A DNA stretch of 64,000 bases from Fodinibius sp. (lineage in GTDB: Bacteria > Bacteroidota > Rhodothermia > Balneolales > Balneolaceae), in NCBI RefSeq assembly GCF_041642155.1, contig NZ_JBEPWZ010000001.1, positions 3,507 through 67,506 of the forward strand, written 5' to 3'. Position 1 is the stretch's first letter. The number at the start of each line of letters is the position of its first letter. The notes under the pieces were generated by a model that ran no database searches, was not told where the DNA came from, and worked only from the letters and a program-made list of their open reading frames with translations. Both the position numbers and the translations under genes were made by a program. Shown piece by piece: positions 54,655 through 64,000 of the stretch.

Positions 54655-55326
54655 ATGAATTACGAAATCATCAAACGGTATATACGGGAACCGGTCAACA
54701 GCCTGACACACGGCCTCGGGGCCATAGCTGCTGTTATCGGTCTGATTTTACTGCTCTATGAAGCAATCACCCGGGGTTCGATAAACCACCTTATTGCCTT
54801 TTCGATGTTTGGGCTCAGCATGGTCCTTCTCTATACCTCCAGCACGCTCTTCCACGCCCTTCCGGTAAAGGAAAAAACGCTGAAGCTCCTGCAGAAGCTG
54901 GATCACAGCATGATCTATGTACTCATTGCCGGTACCTTTACTCCCATTTGCCTGCTGGTACTCGAAGGCAGCTGGAAGTGGGGATTTTTTGCAACCGTCT
55001 GGACGCTGGCGGTCATAGGCATTATCAAGAAATTAGTGTGGATAGAAGCGCCCCGCTGGCTTTCTACCTCTTTCTATTTGGGGATGGGCTGGCTGGCCGT
55101 CTTTACGTTTCCGACCCTCATGGAGAAACTTCCGCTGGCCTTTCTCATCTGGATTGCCATAGGCGGACTTGCATACACGCTGGGCGCGATTATTTATGGC
55201 ATTCAAAAACCAAATCCCGTTCCCGAGTGGTTTGGACATCACGAAATCTGGCACCTGTTTGTACTGGCCGGTACCTTCTCGCACTTCTGGGCTATCTATT
55301 ACTATTTGCCCGGCTATGCGGGATAG
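54655..55326 (+). CDS. hemolysin-III / PAQR-family membrane protein
   Basis: 7-TM protein. EPVNSLTHGLGA, SSTLFHAL, LDHSMIYVLIAGTFTP, HEIWHLFVLAG. Confidence 0.9.
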   Translation: MNYEIIKRYIREPVNSLTHGLGAIAAVIGLILLLYEAITRGSINHLIAFSMFGLSMVLLYTSSTLFHALPVKEKTLKLLQKLDHSMIYVLIAGTFTPICLLVLEGSWKWGFFATVWTLAVIGIIKKLVWIEAPRWLSTSFYLGMGWLAVFTFPTLMEKLPLAFLIWIAIGGLAYTLGAIIYGIQKPNPVPEWFGHHEIWHLFVLAGTFSHFWAIYYYLPGYAG

Positions 55327-55398
55327 ACAAAGTGTTAAGCACGACGTATAATATTTCTTAGGTTGCTGTCTATCTGTCTCCGAAATGCTGGTATTCGT

Positions 55399-58287
55399 AT
55401 GCGTACAATCTTATTGCTACTGTTGTTCTGTTGGGGAATATATGCCGCCACCCCCGCCCGGGCACAATTCTACCCCACTCAATACCGCCCGGCACAGCAA
55501 TGGGAGCAGCTAACAACCCCTCACTTTAACCTGGTATATGCCCGCGGCAACGATTCTACAGCCCTGAAAATGGGACAGATACTTGAAGAGCAATACCCCG
55601 GCGTTCAGCAGTTGGTAGGGGGACAGCTAACCGGGTTTCCCATTATCCTTAATGACTATAATGACCGCTCTAACGGCTTCGTCACTCCCATCCATTTTCG
55701 CTCTGAGATCGAGCTACCGCCTATCAAGGGGAAATCAATGAACCCGCGAACCGGAGGCTGGCTCGAGAATGTGGGTCCCCACGAACTGGTCCACGCGCTC
55801 CAGCTCAGTAACCTTGGCAAAAAAAATCTACCCCATCTCGTCAGCTTTTTTTCTCCTGATTTGGCCCGTTCTTTTCACGGGGCGATCCCTTCCGGCGTTA
55901 CCGAAGGGATCGCCGTCTACCACGAAACAGAGGGGGTCTCTCCGGGCGGGGGACGAGGACAATTTCCGATCTTTACCAACCAGTTCGATGCGGTGTTTGA
56001 CAGCGATCAGCGCTGGTCTATGGGACAGATGATACAGATCTCCTCCAACACGCGCCCCTTTAACCGGCATTATATCGGCGGACACGCTTTTACCGACTGG
56101 CTGCAGGAGACCTATGGCTACGAAACCACCCGCGAGACCCTCGGCTTTTACCTGAACTACCCTTTCCTCGGATACGGCGTGGCACTGCGACATACCACAG
56201 GCTCCTGGCCGGGCCAGCTGTACGAACAATTTGAAAAAGATAAGCGGCAATCGTTAAACGACCCGCCGGAAGCAGCCGCTCGCCCTCAGGCCCTATCCAT
56301 TCCTTTCAAAGGACGTGAAATTCGGCGGCCCCAGTGGCTGTCCGATTCCACGCTCGTCTTCTACGGATCCTTTTATAATGCACGCCCCGGGTTTTACCGC
56401 TATAACCTACAGTCCCAAAAAATAAAGCGGATCGTAACCACCAATTCGGTCGGCGACTACCGCTACGATCTTACCGCAGACCGGTCAGCCATGGTTTATA
56501 GTTTTTACGATTCCGACCCCCTTTACGACCATACCTATACAGCGGAGCTGGCGGAATACGATCTTTCTACCGGTACTCGCCGGCAGCTCACCGAAGGGGC
56601 GCGGCTATACGCGCCGCAATACGACAATAACCGGCTGCTGGCCCTGCAAACGCGTCCGGCTTCCTCGGCATTGGTTTCGGTGCGCCGGGACCGCACCACC
56701 TCCGAAGCTATCCCATTACTCTCTTCCGGAGCCTATGAAATAACCGCGATCGCCCGCCATCAGGATAAGAAACGGCTGGCTGTTATTGCCAATAAAGGGG
56801 GCTTGCAGGGGTTGTGGATTGCTGGCCGGGACAATCCGGAACAGGCCTTATCCCGAGCGCCGGATATCTCCTTTGAAAACGGCGCTGTTTTTGACCCCGA
56901 ATGGCACCCGGATGGCGATAAACTGCTCTTCAGCAGCGGATTCTCCGGCATCCACCAACTCTATGAATATAACCTGCGGGATGACTCCGTTATCCAAATC
57001 ACCCGAGCAGGCTTCAATGCCTTTGAGGGAGCCTACAGTCCCGGTGGCACCCGCATCGCTTTTATTCGGCAGCATACCAATGAACGCCTGCCCGTTGTTC
57101 TCGAGCGCTCCCCCGCACCGGGAGATACTGTTTCCGTATCGCTCTGGAAACCCTCAGAAACCAAGGCAGCAGCAATGCGGCGTTCTGCGGTCTCCGACTC
57201 CGTTGTCACCGCCTCCGAACAGTGGAGCCGGGAACCCTATTCTCCCGGCTCCAGCTGGCTGAAGCCGCGGACGGTCTTGCCGGCGGTCCACGAGATTTCT
57301 AACAGAGGCCGCTACCAGATAGGACTCTCGCTGCACAGTAATAATTTGTTGCAAAGCCAGGCCTATTCCGCAGAAATAAGTTACCTGGAGGAACAGCTGT
57401 GGTACGACCTGTCCTACGAAAACAAGCAATTTTATCCGGGCTTCAACATGCGCCTCTATAGCGAACCCTCCTATTTCAGGTTCAACACGACACAAAATAA
57501 TACCGTCACCCTGCTCCGCGAGGACCGGTCTCTCGCTTTCAGCGTCCCATTCGATTTTCAGCTTGATCAAAATGTTTTCTCCACTTCCTTTTTCATAGAG
57601 CCCGAATTTCGTTACTCACAGATACGGTTTCGTGATGTCGGACTGGCCAGTAATATATCCGACTTCGCCAACAGTGCTGTCAGTAACCTGTACGGGCAGT
57701 TTAACTTCCGGCTGCAGCAGAATATCCGGGATGTTCAACCCAACAGTGGACTGGTGCTGTATTCGAAACTCGAGCACTTCTGGAGTACCTCTGATCTTCG
57801 GTTCTCGAACGGGCAGGATGAAGTTGAACTGACTTTACGGCAACCTACGGCCCTTCAGGGCGGTATCATTGGCTTTCTGTCCCCGCTCCGCCGATGGAAC
57901 CAGTCGCTGCGCCTGGAGGTGGAGGGACTTACCCAGTCGGGGCCTGTTTTTAACAACCAGTCGCTGGTCTCGGATGCCTTCTCCGAACCGGTTCTCGCTA
58001 CTTCCGACAACCTTTTGAGCCTGTCAGCCCACTACACCATCCCCCTTCTTTTTGCCGATGACGGCGGGTTTTTATTACCGTTCTACCTGAAAAATCTGTA
58101 TCTGGTTGCGTTCTCCAGTTCGGTAACGGATCCTGCGGTTGCGGACTGGCGGGAACAGTCGCGGTCTGTATATGGGTTAGAGCTGCGAACAAGATTCCGG
58201 ATCTCCAACTTGTCTTTCGATCTTGGAATCGGCTACGGTTACGAACCCACGCGGGAAAATCACCATATTTACTTCGGAAGCTTTTAA
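55399..58287 (+). CDS. large secreted/outer-membrane protein: HExxH peptidase-MA-like domain + PD40/TolB-like beta-propeller + C-terminal putative beta-barrel
   Basis: Signal peptide MRTILLLLLFCWGIYAATPARAQ. GPHELVHALQ followed about 40 aa later by VTEGIAVYHE (Peptidase_MA_2-like). PD40-like repeats (WHPDGDKLLFSS, YSPGGTRIAFI). Ends ...HHIYFGSF (OMP-type aromatic terminus). Confidence 0.6.
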   Translation: MRTILLLLLFCWGIYAATPARAQFYPTQYRPAQQWEQLTTPHFNLVYARGNDSTALKMGQILEEQYPGVQQLVGGQLTGFPIILNDYNDRSNGFVTPIHFRSEIELPPIKGKSMNPRTGGWLENVGPHELVHALQLSNLGKKNLPHLVSFFSPDLARSFHGAIPSGVTEGIAVYHETEGVSPGGGRGQFPIFTNQFDAVFDSDQRWSMGQMIQISSNTRPFNRHYIGGHAFTDWLQETYGYETTRETLGFYLNYPFLGYGVALRHTTGSWPGQLYEQFEKDKRQSLNDPPEAAARPQALSIPFKGREIRRPQWLSDSTLVFYGSFYNARPGFYRYNLQSQKIKRIVTTNSVGDYRYDLTADRSAMVYSFYDSDPLYDHTYTAELAEYDLSTGTRRQLTEGARLYAPQYDNNRLLALQTRPASSALVSVRRDRTTSEAIPLLSSGAYEITAIARHQDKKRLAVIANKGGLQGLWIAGRDNPEQALSRAPDISFENGAVFDPEWHPDGDKLLFSSGFSGIHQLYEYNLRDDSVIQITRAGFNAFEGAYSPGGTRIAFIRQHTNERLPVVLERSPAPGDTVSVSLWKPSETKAAAMRRSAVSDSVVTASEQWSREPYSPGSSWLKPRTVLPAVHEISNRGRYQIGLSLHSNNLLQSQAYSAEISYLEEQLWYDLSYENKQFYPGFNMRLYSEPSYFRFNTTQNNTVTLLREDRSLAFSVPFDFQLDQNVFSTSFFIEPEFRYSQIRFRDVGLASNISDFANSAVSNLYGQFNFRLQQNIRDVQPNSGLVLYSKLEHFWSTSDLRFSNGQDEVELTLRQPTALQGGIIGFLSPLRRWNQSLRLEVEGLTQSGPVFNNQSLVSDAFSEPVLATSDNLLSLSAHYTIPLLFADDGGFLLPFYLKNLYLVAFSSSVTDPAVADWREQSRSVYGLELRTRFRISNLSFDLGIGYGYEPTRENHHIYFGSF

Positions 58288-58343
58288 GGTTATTATTTGT
58301 TACACTATGATATCGTAATCTCCATGTTCAACTAAGCTCTGTT

Positions 58344-58928
58344 ATGACGACCAGAACAATTTATCTTCTATCTTCTCTGTTAATACTACTTCTCCTGGGG
58401 AGCTGTAGCCAGTCAGAGCCAGAAGAAACGGAAACGCTCCGTCGAAAGAGTCCGATTGCCATTGCCAAGGTACTTCACCATCCCTCTGACACCTACATCA
58501 AAATTATATATGGTCAGCCTTACAAACGGGACCGCGATATTTTCGGTCAGCTTGTGCCCTACGATAATATTTGGCGCACCGGTGCCAACGAGGCGACCGA
58601 ACTTACCACTACCCACGACATTCGTTTCGCGGGAGAAAAACTGGAGGCAGGGACTTATTCTCTGTTTACGATTCCCCGGGAGGACGAGCCGTGGACGGTT
58701 ATTTTAAACGGCGAGCTCGGTTTATGGGGCGATTTTGATTACCAGCAGGAGCATGACGTGCTTCGCGTCGACGTTCCCGCCGAGCAAAAGGAGTCTGTTG
58801 CAGAAGCGTTCACCATTCAGTTTTCCGATGTGGTGGATGATTCTACCAATATCATGCTGCAGTGGGACCAGACCGAAGTGCGTATTCCGATTGCATTTCT
58901 CGCCTCCGGATCCGGGGCGGGGGAATGA
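58344..58928 (+). CDS. DUF2911-family lipoprotein
   Basis: Lipobox LLLGSC. IIYGQPYKRDRDIFGQLVPYDNIWRTGANEATELTT...LEAGTYSLFTIP matches the DUF2911 pattern as I recall it. Confidence 0.6.
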   Translation: MTTRTIYLLSSLLILLLLGSCSQSEPEETETLRRKSPIAIAKVLHHPSDTYIKIIYGQPYKRDRDIFGQLVPYDNIWRTGANEATELTTTHDIRFAGEKLEAGTYSLFTIPREDEPWTVILNGELGLWGDFDYQQEHDVLRVDVPAEQKESVAEAFTIQFSDVVDDSTNIMLQWDQTEVRIPIAFLASGSGAGE

Positions 58929-59215
58929 ACATCGCACAACAACCCCAGCTTAAGAGGTTAAACGTTAACTCACGATACATGCAAAAAATCTCGAATAATT
59001 GCCCACCTTGTACCTGAGCTCTCAATTCCAGAAGCGGTAGGGTAGCCTGACAGGGCCGGAGAGGTGTTTTCATCGTTATTAACATGCCGGTTTTTATTAA
59101 AAGAGATCTTCCAACTCCATTCAAAAGAATAAAAACATATTGTTATATTGGCTACCTTAATTTTAGGGAATGAAATATTTCTCTTTGCCCTCTCAAAATC
59201 TTTAATAAATCAAAG

Positions 59216-60955
59216 ATGACTTATACTTTTTGGGATTTTTTGCAGCTGATAGGTGCACTGGGAATCTTTATCTACGGGATGAAGGTGTTTAGTGACGGGC
59301 TTCAGAAAGTTGCAGGCAATAAGCTCCGGTCCATTCTCAAGGGAATGACCAGTACGAGATTTCGCGGAATCCTTACCGGGTTTACCACCACAACGATTAC
59401 GCAATCCTCCTCGACCACGACGGTTATGGTCGTAAGTTTTGTAAATGCCGGATTGATTACCTTTATAGAATCCACGGGAGTGATCATGGGGGCCAACATC
59501 GGCACTACGGTCACCGCCTGGATGATCTCTATTTTTGGGTTTAAAATGCAGATTACGCCCCTGGCTATGATGCTCATCGGCATCTTTTTTCCCTTCATAT
59601 TTTTTGGCCGTGAAAAATTGCGGAACCTTGCCGAAGCGATGATCGGTTTCGGAATCCTGTTTATTGGACTGGATTTCATAAAAAACGGGGTGCCGAACAT
59701 CCAGGATAACCCCGAGATGTTCATGTTTCTGGATCAGTTCACGGAGTTTGGCTTCGCCTCTATTTTAATTTTTATTGTGGCCGGCACCATCCTGACATTA
59801 GTCACCCAGTCTTCTTCAGCGGCCTCCGCTATTACGCTTGTAATGCTGTTTGAGGGCTGGATTGACTTTCCCATTGCAGCGGCCATGATCCTCGGTGAAA
59901 ACATCGGGACAACGGTCACCGCCAATATCGCTGCCGTTGTCGGAAATGTTTATGCCAAACGAGCCGCCCGGTTTCACTTTGTGTTCAATATATTCGGGGT
60001 AATATGGATGCTCATTCTGATGCAGCCTTTCCTGATGGGGATAGATGCAACGATGAGCTATTTTTCTCCGGGGGCAGGTTCTATCCTCCACGCGACCGAT
60101 GAACTGGGTCGGGCCAATGCCACGTTGGCCGTTTCGCTGTTCCATACTGTATTTAATATAGCCAACGTGTTGCTACTTGTTGGTTTTGTACCGTATATCG
60201 TTCGGATTGTAGAGAAGTATCAAAAAGAAAAGGAGGATACACAGCATCGGCTGCAGTATATCTCTTCCGGGATGATGTCTTCTCCCGAGCTGTCGATGTC
60301 ACAGGCTCACAAAGAGATAGAGCTGTTTGCCAAACTGGTGGAAAAAATGCACTTCAGCATGCAGGGACTGTTGTTTAACAAGCAGAATAAGCAAGAGCAG
60401 TTTCTGAAGAAGATTGAGAAAAGAGAAAAAATAACCGACAACATTGAGCTTGAGATCGCTGAGTACCTGACTAAAATTTCCAGTTTTACACTCACAGAAG
60501 AAGCCACCCGGCGCATTCGCGGCATGCACAGCATGATCAACGACCTGGAAAGAGTGGGAGATATTTATTTTCAAATGTCAAAAACATTTGAACGGATGCA
60601 ATCTGAAGGAAACGAATTACCTGACCATGCATTGGAAAAGATTGGCAGGATGCTTGACCGGGTACACGATGCCATTCGCAATGTCCGCGAGAACCTCTCA
60701 GGGGATAACGGAGACATCGATCTGGAAAAATCCCTGCACCTTGAAAATTCCATCGATTTGTATCGCGACGAGTTGCTGGAGTTTCATTATGCTCAGCTTG
60801 AGGATAACGGGTACTCAAACCAGGTTGGATTTGTATTCCTGGATTACCTGAACCGGTTAGAGAAAATCGGGGATCACCTTTTTAATGTAAATGAGGCCAT
60901 TGCCGGCAAGAAAGTAAAAGCCGCCTATGAAAGAGTGGTCGAGGAACGAGGCTAG
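59216..60955 (+). CDS. Na+/phosphate cotransporter family protein with C-terminal PhoU-like domain
   Basis: 579 aa. Duplicated Na_Pi_cotrans motifs (TQSSSTTTVMVVSFV, TQSSSAASAITLVM) and a helical PhoU-like tail. Confidence 0.9.
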   Translation: MTYTFWDFLQLIGALGIFIYGMKVFSDGLQKVAGNKLRSILKGMTSTRFRGILTGFTTTTITQSSSTTTVMVVSFVNAGLITFIESTGVIMGANIGTTVTAWMISIFGFKMQITPLAMMLIGIFFPFIFFGREKLRNLAEAMIGFGILFIGLDFIKNGVPNIQDNPEMFMFLDQFTEFGFASILIFIVAGTILTLVTQSSSAASAITLVMLFEGWIDFPIAAAMILGENIGTTVTANIAAVVGNVYAKRAARFHFVFNIFGVIWMLILMQPFLMGIDATMSYFSPGAGSILHATDELGRANATLAVSLFHTVFNIANVLLLVGFVPYIVRIVEKYQKEKEDTQHRLQYISSGMMSSPELSMSQAHKEIELFAKLVEKMHFSMQGLLFNKQNKQEQFLKKIEKREKITDNIELEIAEYLTKISSFTLTEEATRRIRGMHSMINDLERVGDIYFQMSKTFERMQSEGNELPDHALEKIGRMLDRVHDAIRNVRENLSGDNGDIDLEKSLHLENSIDLYRDELLEFHYAQLEDNGYSNQVGFVFLDYLNRLEKIGDHLFNVNEAIAGKKVKAAYERVVEERG

Positions 60956-61083
60956 CCATACGAAGCATCGGCACGTTTTTCGAATCCAAATTTTTTCGGA
61001 CTTTGAATAGCGGTTGGACATGCTTACTAAAGCCCTATAATATATGATTGATCGGAACCCCGATCGCGGATGTTTCAGCGTTA

Positions 61084-61425
61084 TTACTTCACCTTTTCCA
61101 ACAGCTCATCCGGCACGTCAATATCCATGCGCAGCAAAGTTGCAGCGTGGGTTTTTCCCTGGGCATCGAGTTTCAGGGAAACCGTACCTCCACCGCCCAG
61201 GCTGTCGTTCAGCACAAAGTTCAGCGCATCAATGTTGGGCATCTCGTAACGCTCAACCTCTCCATTACAGATATGTTTCATATGCTCTTTCACCACCTCG
61301 GCCGTGAGGATATCTTTGAGAAAAGGATACACAGCCGGGTGACGCGCAATAATCCCTATATTGCTTTTATTTCCCTTATCCCCGCTGCGTCCGTGGGCAA
61401 TATCAATGAGCTTAACCTGTGCCAT
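61084..61425 (-). CDS. AtuA-C-terminal-like small protein (normally partnered with DUF1446)
   Basis: 113 aa. IAHGRSGDKGNKSNIGIIA...NFVLNDSLGGGGTVSLKLDAQGK resembles the small subunit/C-terminal domain of AtuA-like proteins (recollection). Confidence 0.5.
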   Translation of the reverse strand: MAQVKLIDIAHGRSGDKGNKSNIGIIARHPAVYPFLKDILTAEVVKEHMKHICNGEVERYEMPNIDALNFVLNDSLGGGGTVSLKLDAQGKTHAATLLRMDIDVPDELLEKVK

Positions 61426-61580
61426 ACTATATGATCCTTGAGTTAGTTACCTGCTGATGTGTAATCAAGATAACTGGCCGGAGGAGTACCTGCAAAAAAA
61501 GTCTGATAATCGCAAACGATTTTTCTATCAGCTTGGTTGTACAATCTCACTAATACTTCAATATTAAACTAAAATTATTT

Positions 61581-61937
61581 ATGAGCTACTTAGACAAAAT
61601 TACGGATATCTACGATCACATTGCCCAGGGTACGGCCTTGGACGCTTTTGAAGAGTATTATGGCGAAGATGTAGTTATGGTATTGGAAGACGGTACCGAA
61701 GTGGAAGGGAAGGACACCAATCGCGAACGGGAAAACGAATTTTTTGACAGCGTGGAAGCTTTTCACGGCATAGAGGTTACCTCTATTACCTCAAATGAAG
61801 AGGAAGCCACCACGGCCGTTGAATCTGCCATGGATGTCACGTTTAAGGGTGGTGACCGTGTTAGTCTGGAGCAGGTCGCCGTGCAGCACTGGGATGGCGA
61901 TAAGATCGCCAGGGAGCGATTTTACGCCACTCAGTAA
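61581..61937 (+). CDS. SnoaL-like / NTF2-superfamily protein
   Basis: 118 aa. Alpha+beta cone pattern with C-terminal QVAVQHWDGDKIARERFY. Confidence 0.55.
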   Translation: MSYLDKITDIYDHIAQGTALDAFEEYYGEDVVMVLEDGTEVEGKDTNRERENEFFDSVEAFHGIEVTSITSNEEEATTAVESAMDVTFKGGDRVSLEQVAVQHWDGDKIARERFYATQ

Positions 61938-61962
61938 AGAATAGACATCCATTCCTCATTGA

Positions 61963-61992
61963 ATAGCTCCCTGGGCTCAGGGGGCTATTTTT
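61963..61992 (+). terminator. rho-independent terminator after the SnoaL-like gene
   Basis: ATAGCTCCCTG-GGCT-CAGGGGGCTAT (11-bp stem with one G-U) followed by TTTTTA. Confidence 0.7.
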
Positions 61993-62299
61993 ATGCGGGG
62001 TCGGCCCGGACAATTCCACCCGTCAATCACATTCATGCTGGAATGGCCAATATCATTCTATAGTCCGGCCTGTCAGGCACAATCCCGGTCTTTTCATTTC
62101 TTCAATCATATCAAGTAATCCACATATAACCATAATTCACTTTCTTTTTTTCGCAAAGGTTTAGTTTATTATAGCCGACCGGATGATCCGGCTAAACAGG
62201 TTATTATGTATTGTTTATTATATATTGTGAAAGCCGATCAGATCCTCCTTATATTTTACCCAGATCAAATCCCTATATTAATTAATATCTTTTCTTAGC

Positions 62300-63550
62300 A
62301 TGAGCAAGCCGAACAGAGTTGTCATTACCGGGTTAGGAGCCCTTTCTCCCTTAGGCAATAACGTGGATGATTTTTGGAATAATCTGAAGAACGGTGTCAG
62401 CGGCGCCGATTATATCACCCATTTTGATCCCTCGGAATTTCGCACGCATTTTGCCTGTGAACTCAAGGATTTTGACGTTACGGAGCATCTCGAGCACAAT
62501 ACAATCCGCCGCTCCGATCCCTACAGCCATTATGCACTGGTGGCTACTCAACAGGCGGTAGAGGATTCCGGACTCGATTTCAACGAAATGGATCCCTTTG
62601 ACAGTGGCGTCATTTGGGGAAGCGGCCAGGGGGGGATGTATACCTTCGAGGAGGAGGTCAGAAACTATGCCGATAACGATTACTCCCCCCGCTTTAACCC
62701 GTTTTTTGTGCCCAAGCTGATTATTAATATGGCCCCGGGACTTATTTCCATGGAATACGGCCTTATGGGGATCAATTATGCCACGGTTTCGGCTTGTGCT
62801 ACCTCGAACACAGCTATTATGGATGCCCTGAACTATATCCGCTGGGGAAAGGCCAAAGTGATTATCACCGGTGGATCGGAGGCCGGCATTACGGAAGCAT
62901 CGTTCGGCGGGTTCTCGGCGATGCGTGCCATGTCCCAGCGCAATGACGACCCCAAACACGCCTCACGTCCTTTTGACAAGGACCGCGACGGTTTTGTGAT
63001 GGGCGAGGGAGCGGCTACCCTTATTTTGGAAGAATATGAGCACGCAAAAGCCCGCGGAGCCCATATATACGGGGAGGTCACCGGCGCGGCCATGACGGCC
63101 GACGCCTATCATATGACGGCCACCCATCCGGAAGGCAAGGGAGCTTCGGTAGCCATGAAACAGGCACTGGACGACAGCAATCTCAATCCCGAAGACGTGG
63201 ATTATCTCAATACTCACGCTACTTCTACCCCGATGGGCGATGCCAGCGAAACCAAGGCAATCGCCCGGGTATTCGGCAAAAAACCTGATCAGCTGTCCGT
63301 CAGCGCCACAAAGTCAATGACGGGGCACCTGTTAGGCGCGGCGGGTGCTATTGAGGCTATTGCAAGCATAAAGGCGATTAATGAAGGCGTTATTCCGCCG
63401 ACCATCAATACGGAAACCATTGATGAGGAGATTCCATCGGGACTTGATATCGTACTGGGCGAGACGCTCGAAAAAGAGGTCAATGTGGCCATGAGCGATA
63501 CCTTCGGCTTCGGGGGCCACAATGGCATTGTGGTATTTAAGAAGGTATAA
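62300..63550 (+). CDS. fabF: beta-ketoacyl-ACP synthase II
   Basis: 416 aa. Active-site Cys in VSACATS, His in NTHATST and GHLLGAAG, C-terminal FGFGGHN. Confidence 0.95.
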   Translation: MSKPNRVVITGLGALSPLGNNVDDFWNNLKNGVSGADYITHFDPSEFRTHFACELKDFDVTEHLEHNTIRRSDPYSHYALVATQQAVEDSGLDFNEMDPFDSGVIWGSGQGGMYTFEEEVRNYADNDYSPRFNPFFVPKLIINMAPGLISMEYGLMGINYATVSACATSNTAIMDALNYIRWGKAKVIITGGSEAGITEASFGGFSAMRAMSQRNDDPKHASRPFDKDRDGFVMGEGAATLILEEYEHAKARGAHIYGEVTGAAMTADAYHMTATHPEGKGASVAMKQALDDSNLNPEDVDYLNTHATSTPMGDASETKAIARVFGKKPDQLSVSATKSMTGHLLGAAGAIEAIASIKAINEGVIPPTINTETIDEEIPSGLDIVLGETLEKEVNVAMSDTFGFGGHNGIVVFKKV

Positions 63551-63591
63551 ACTTCTCCACGATGCATCGCTTTGACAACCGGCAGAATAAC

Positions 63592-64000
63592 TTACTCACT
63601 CCAGGGGGGCACGACCCCGTTCACCCGGCCATAGGCTATCGCCTGTCCCACATGCTCGCTTTTATGGGTAATCAGCTGCATGAGTACCGCCTGCCCGTTA
63701 ACCGTCCTGCCGTACAGTTCTGTTTGTTCCTGTAACTTGGATTTCGGCATTGCTTCAATCTGCCCCTTTACATATTCAATTGACCGCTCCAGTATCTCCA
63801 CAACATCCTCTTTGCCGGTAATAGACTCAATATTATCGACCTCCACATCGTCGGGGACGGTAAAACCAAGCGAATTCTGCAGGTAATAGAAGTTATAGCG
63901 TGCGATATGGGTATACACTTCCTCCACGGAACTGACGCCCTCTGCGGGACGCCAGGAATAAATCTCAGCGGGCATGGCTTTCGCCAGGGAAAGGACCCGG
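63592..64000 (-). CDS. DinB-family protein, N-terminus outside window
   Basis: The frame stays open upstream of the Met at 63975 to the window edge (RVLSLAKAMPAEIYSWRP). DinB pattern ...HIARYNFYY...HKSEHVGQAIAYGR. Confidence 0.75.
   Translation of the reverse strand, partial: RVLSLAKAMPAEIYSWRPAEGVSSVEEVYTHIARYNFYYLQNSLGFTVPDDVEVDNIESITGKEDVVEILERSIEYVKGQIEAMPKSKLQEQTELYGRTVNGQAVLMQLITHKSEHVGQAIAYGRVNGVVPPWSE

Noticed and set aside
60960-61000. TTCGAATCC, a T-loop-like string that might indicate a tRNA.
   Set aside because: The flanking sequence cannot form acceptor, D or anticodon stems. I found no tRNA cloverleaf here or elsewhere in the window.

Overview
This is a chromosomal window with about 50 protein genes on both strands. 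I recognised no rRNA, tRNA, CRISPR array, transposase or integrase. The gene content (a SusC/SusD pair, extra TonB-dependent receptors, outer-membrane proteins ending in Phe, an AraC-MGMT fusion) suggests a Bacteroidota or Balneolota/Rhodothermota-like organism; this is inference only.

Gene order:
- 5'-truncated sigma-54 enhancer-binding response regulator, two tandem YceI genes, orphan receiver domain
- quinone oxidoreductase, porin-like OMP, DoxX, truncated PhoX/DUF839 gene
- RND pump (adaptor plus permease, no outer-membrane factor)
- DUF457 hydrolase, Gfo/Idh/MocA oxidoreductase, NfeD-stomatin operon
- TetR, PLP decarboxylase, HtpX
- collagen-like lipoprotein
- GC-rich sugar-acid block (UPF0489-like, gntK, gnd, SMP-30 lactonase, IlvD/Edd dehydratase)
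- TonB-dependent receptor plus OmpR-type two-component system
- AraC-MGMT (Ada-like), SDR, SusD/SusC
- about 1 kb of ORF-free AT-rich DNA
- acyl-CoA thioesterase
- HMA-AraC regulator plus P1B metal ATPase
- ArsR-SRPBCC-VOC-SRPBCC operon, prolyl oligopeptidase
- His-rich PHP-domain protein, secreted DUF4412-like protein, hemolysin-III
- 974-aa HExxH/beta-propeller/barrel protein, DUF2911, Na/Pi cotransporter
- AtuA-C-like small protein, SnoaL-like protein, FabF, partial DinB

Most notable observations, all read by eye:
1. A conserved 135-bp hairpin-containing cassette sits in the same orientation directly 5' of three genes: the metal ATPase, the His-rich PHP protein and the neighbouring secreted protein. 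One copy lies next to an HMA-AraC regulator. This is a candidate metal-responsive regulon or RNA leader, or else a MITE-like element.
2. Two back-to-back sigma-54-type promoters flank the intergenic region between the YceI operon and the orphan receiver, beside the NtrC-type activator.
3. There are several gene relics or truncations and a compositional (GC-rich) island.

I did not find a clear multi-gene defence or mobile system. Start codons are often ambiguous (alternatives noted). No similarity search or computation was run.
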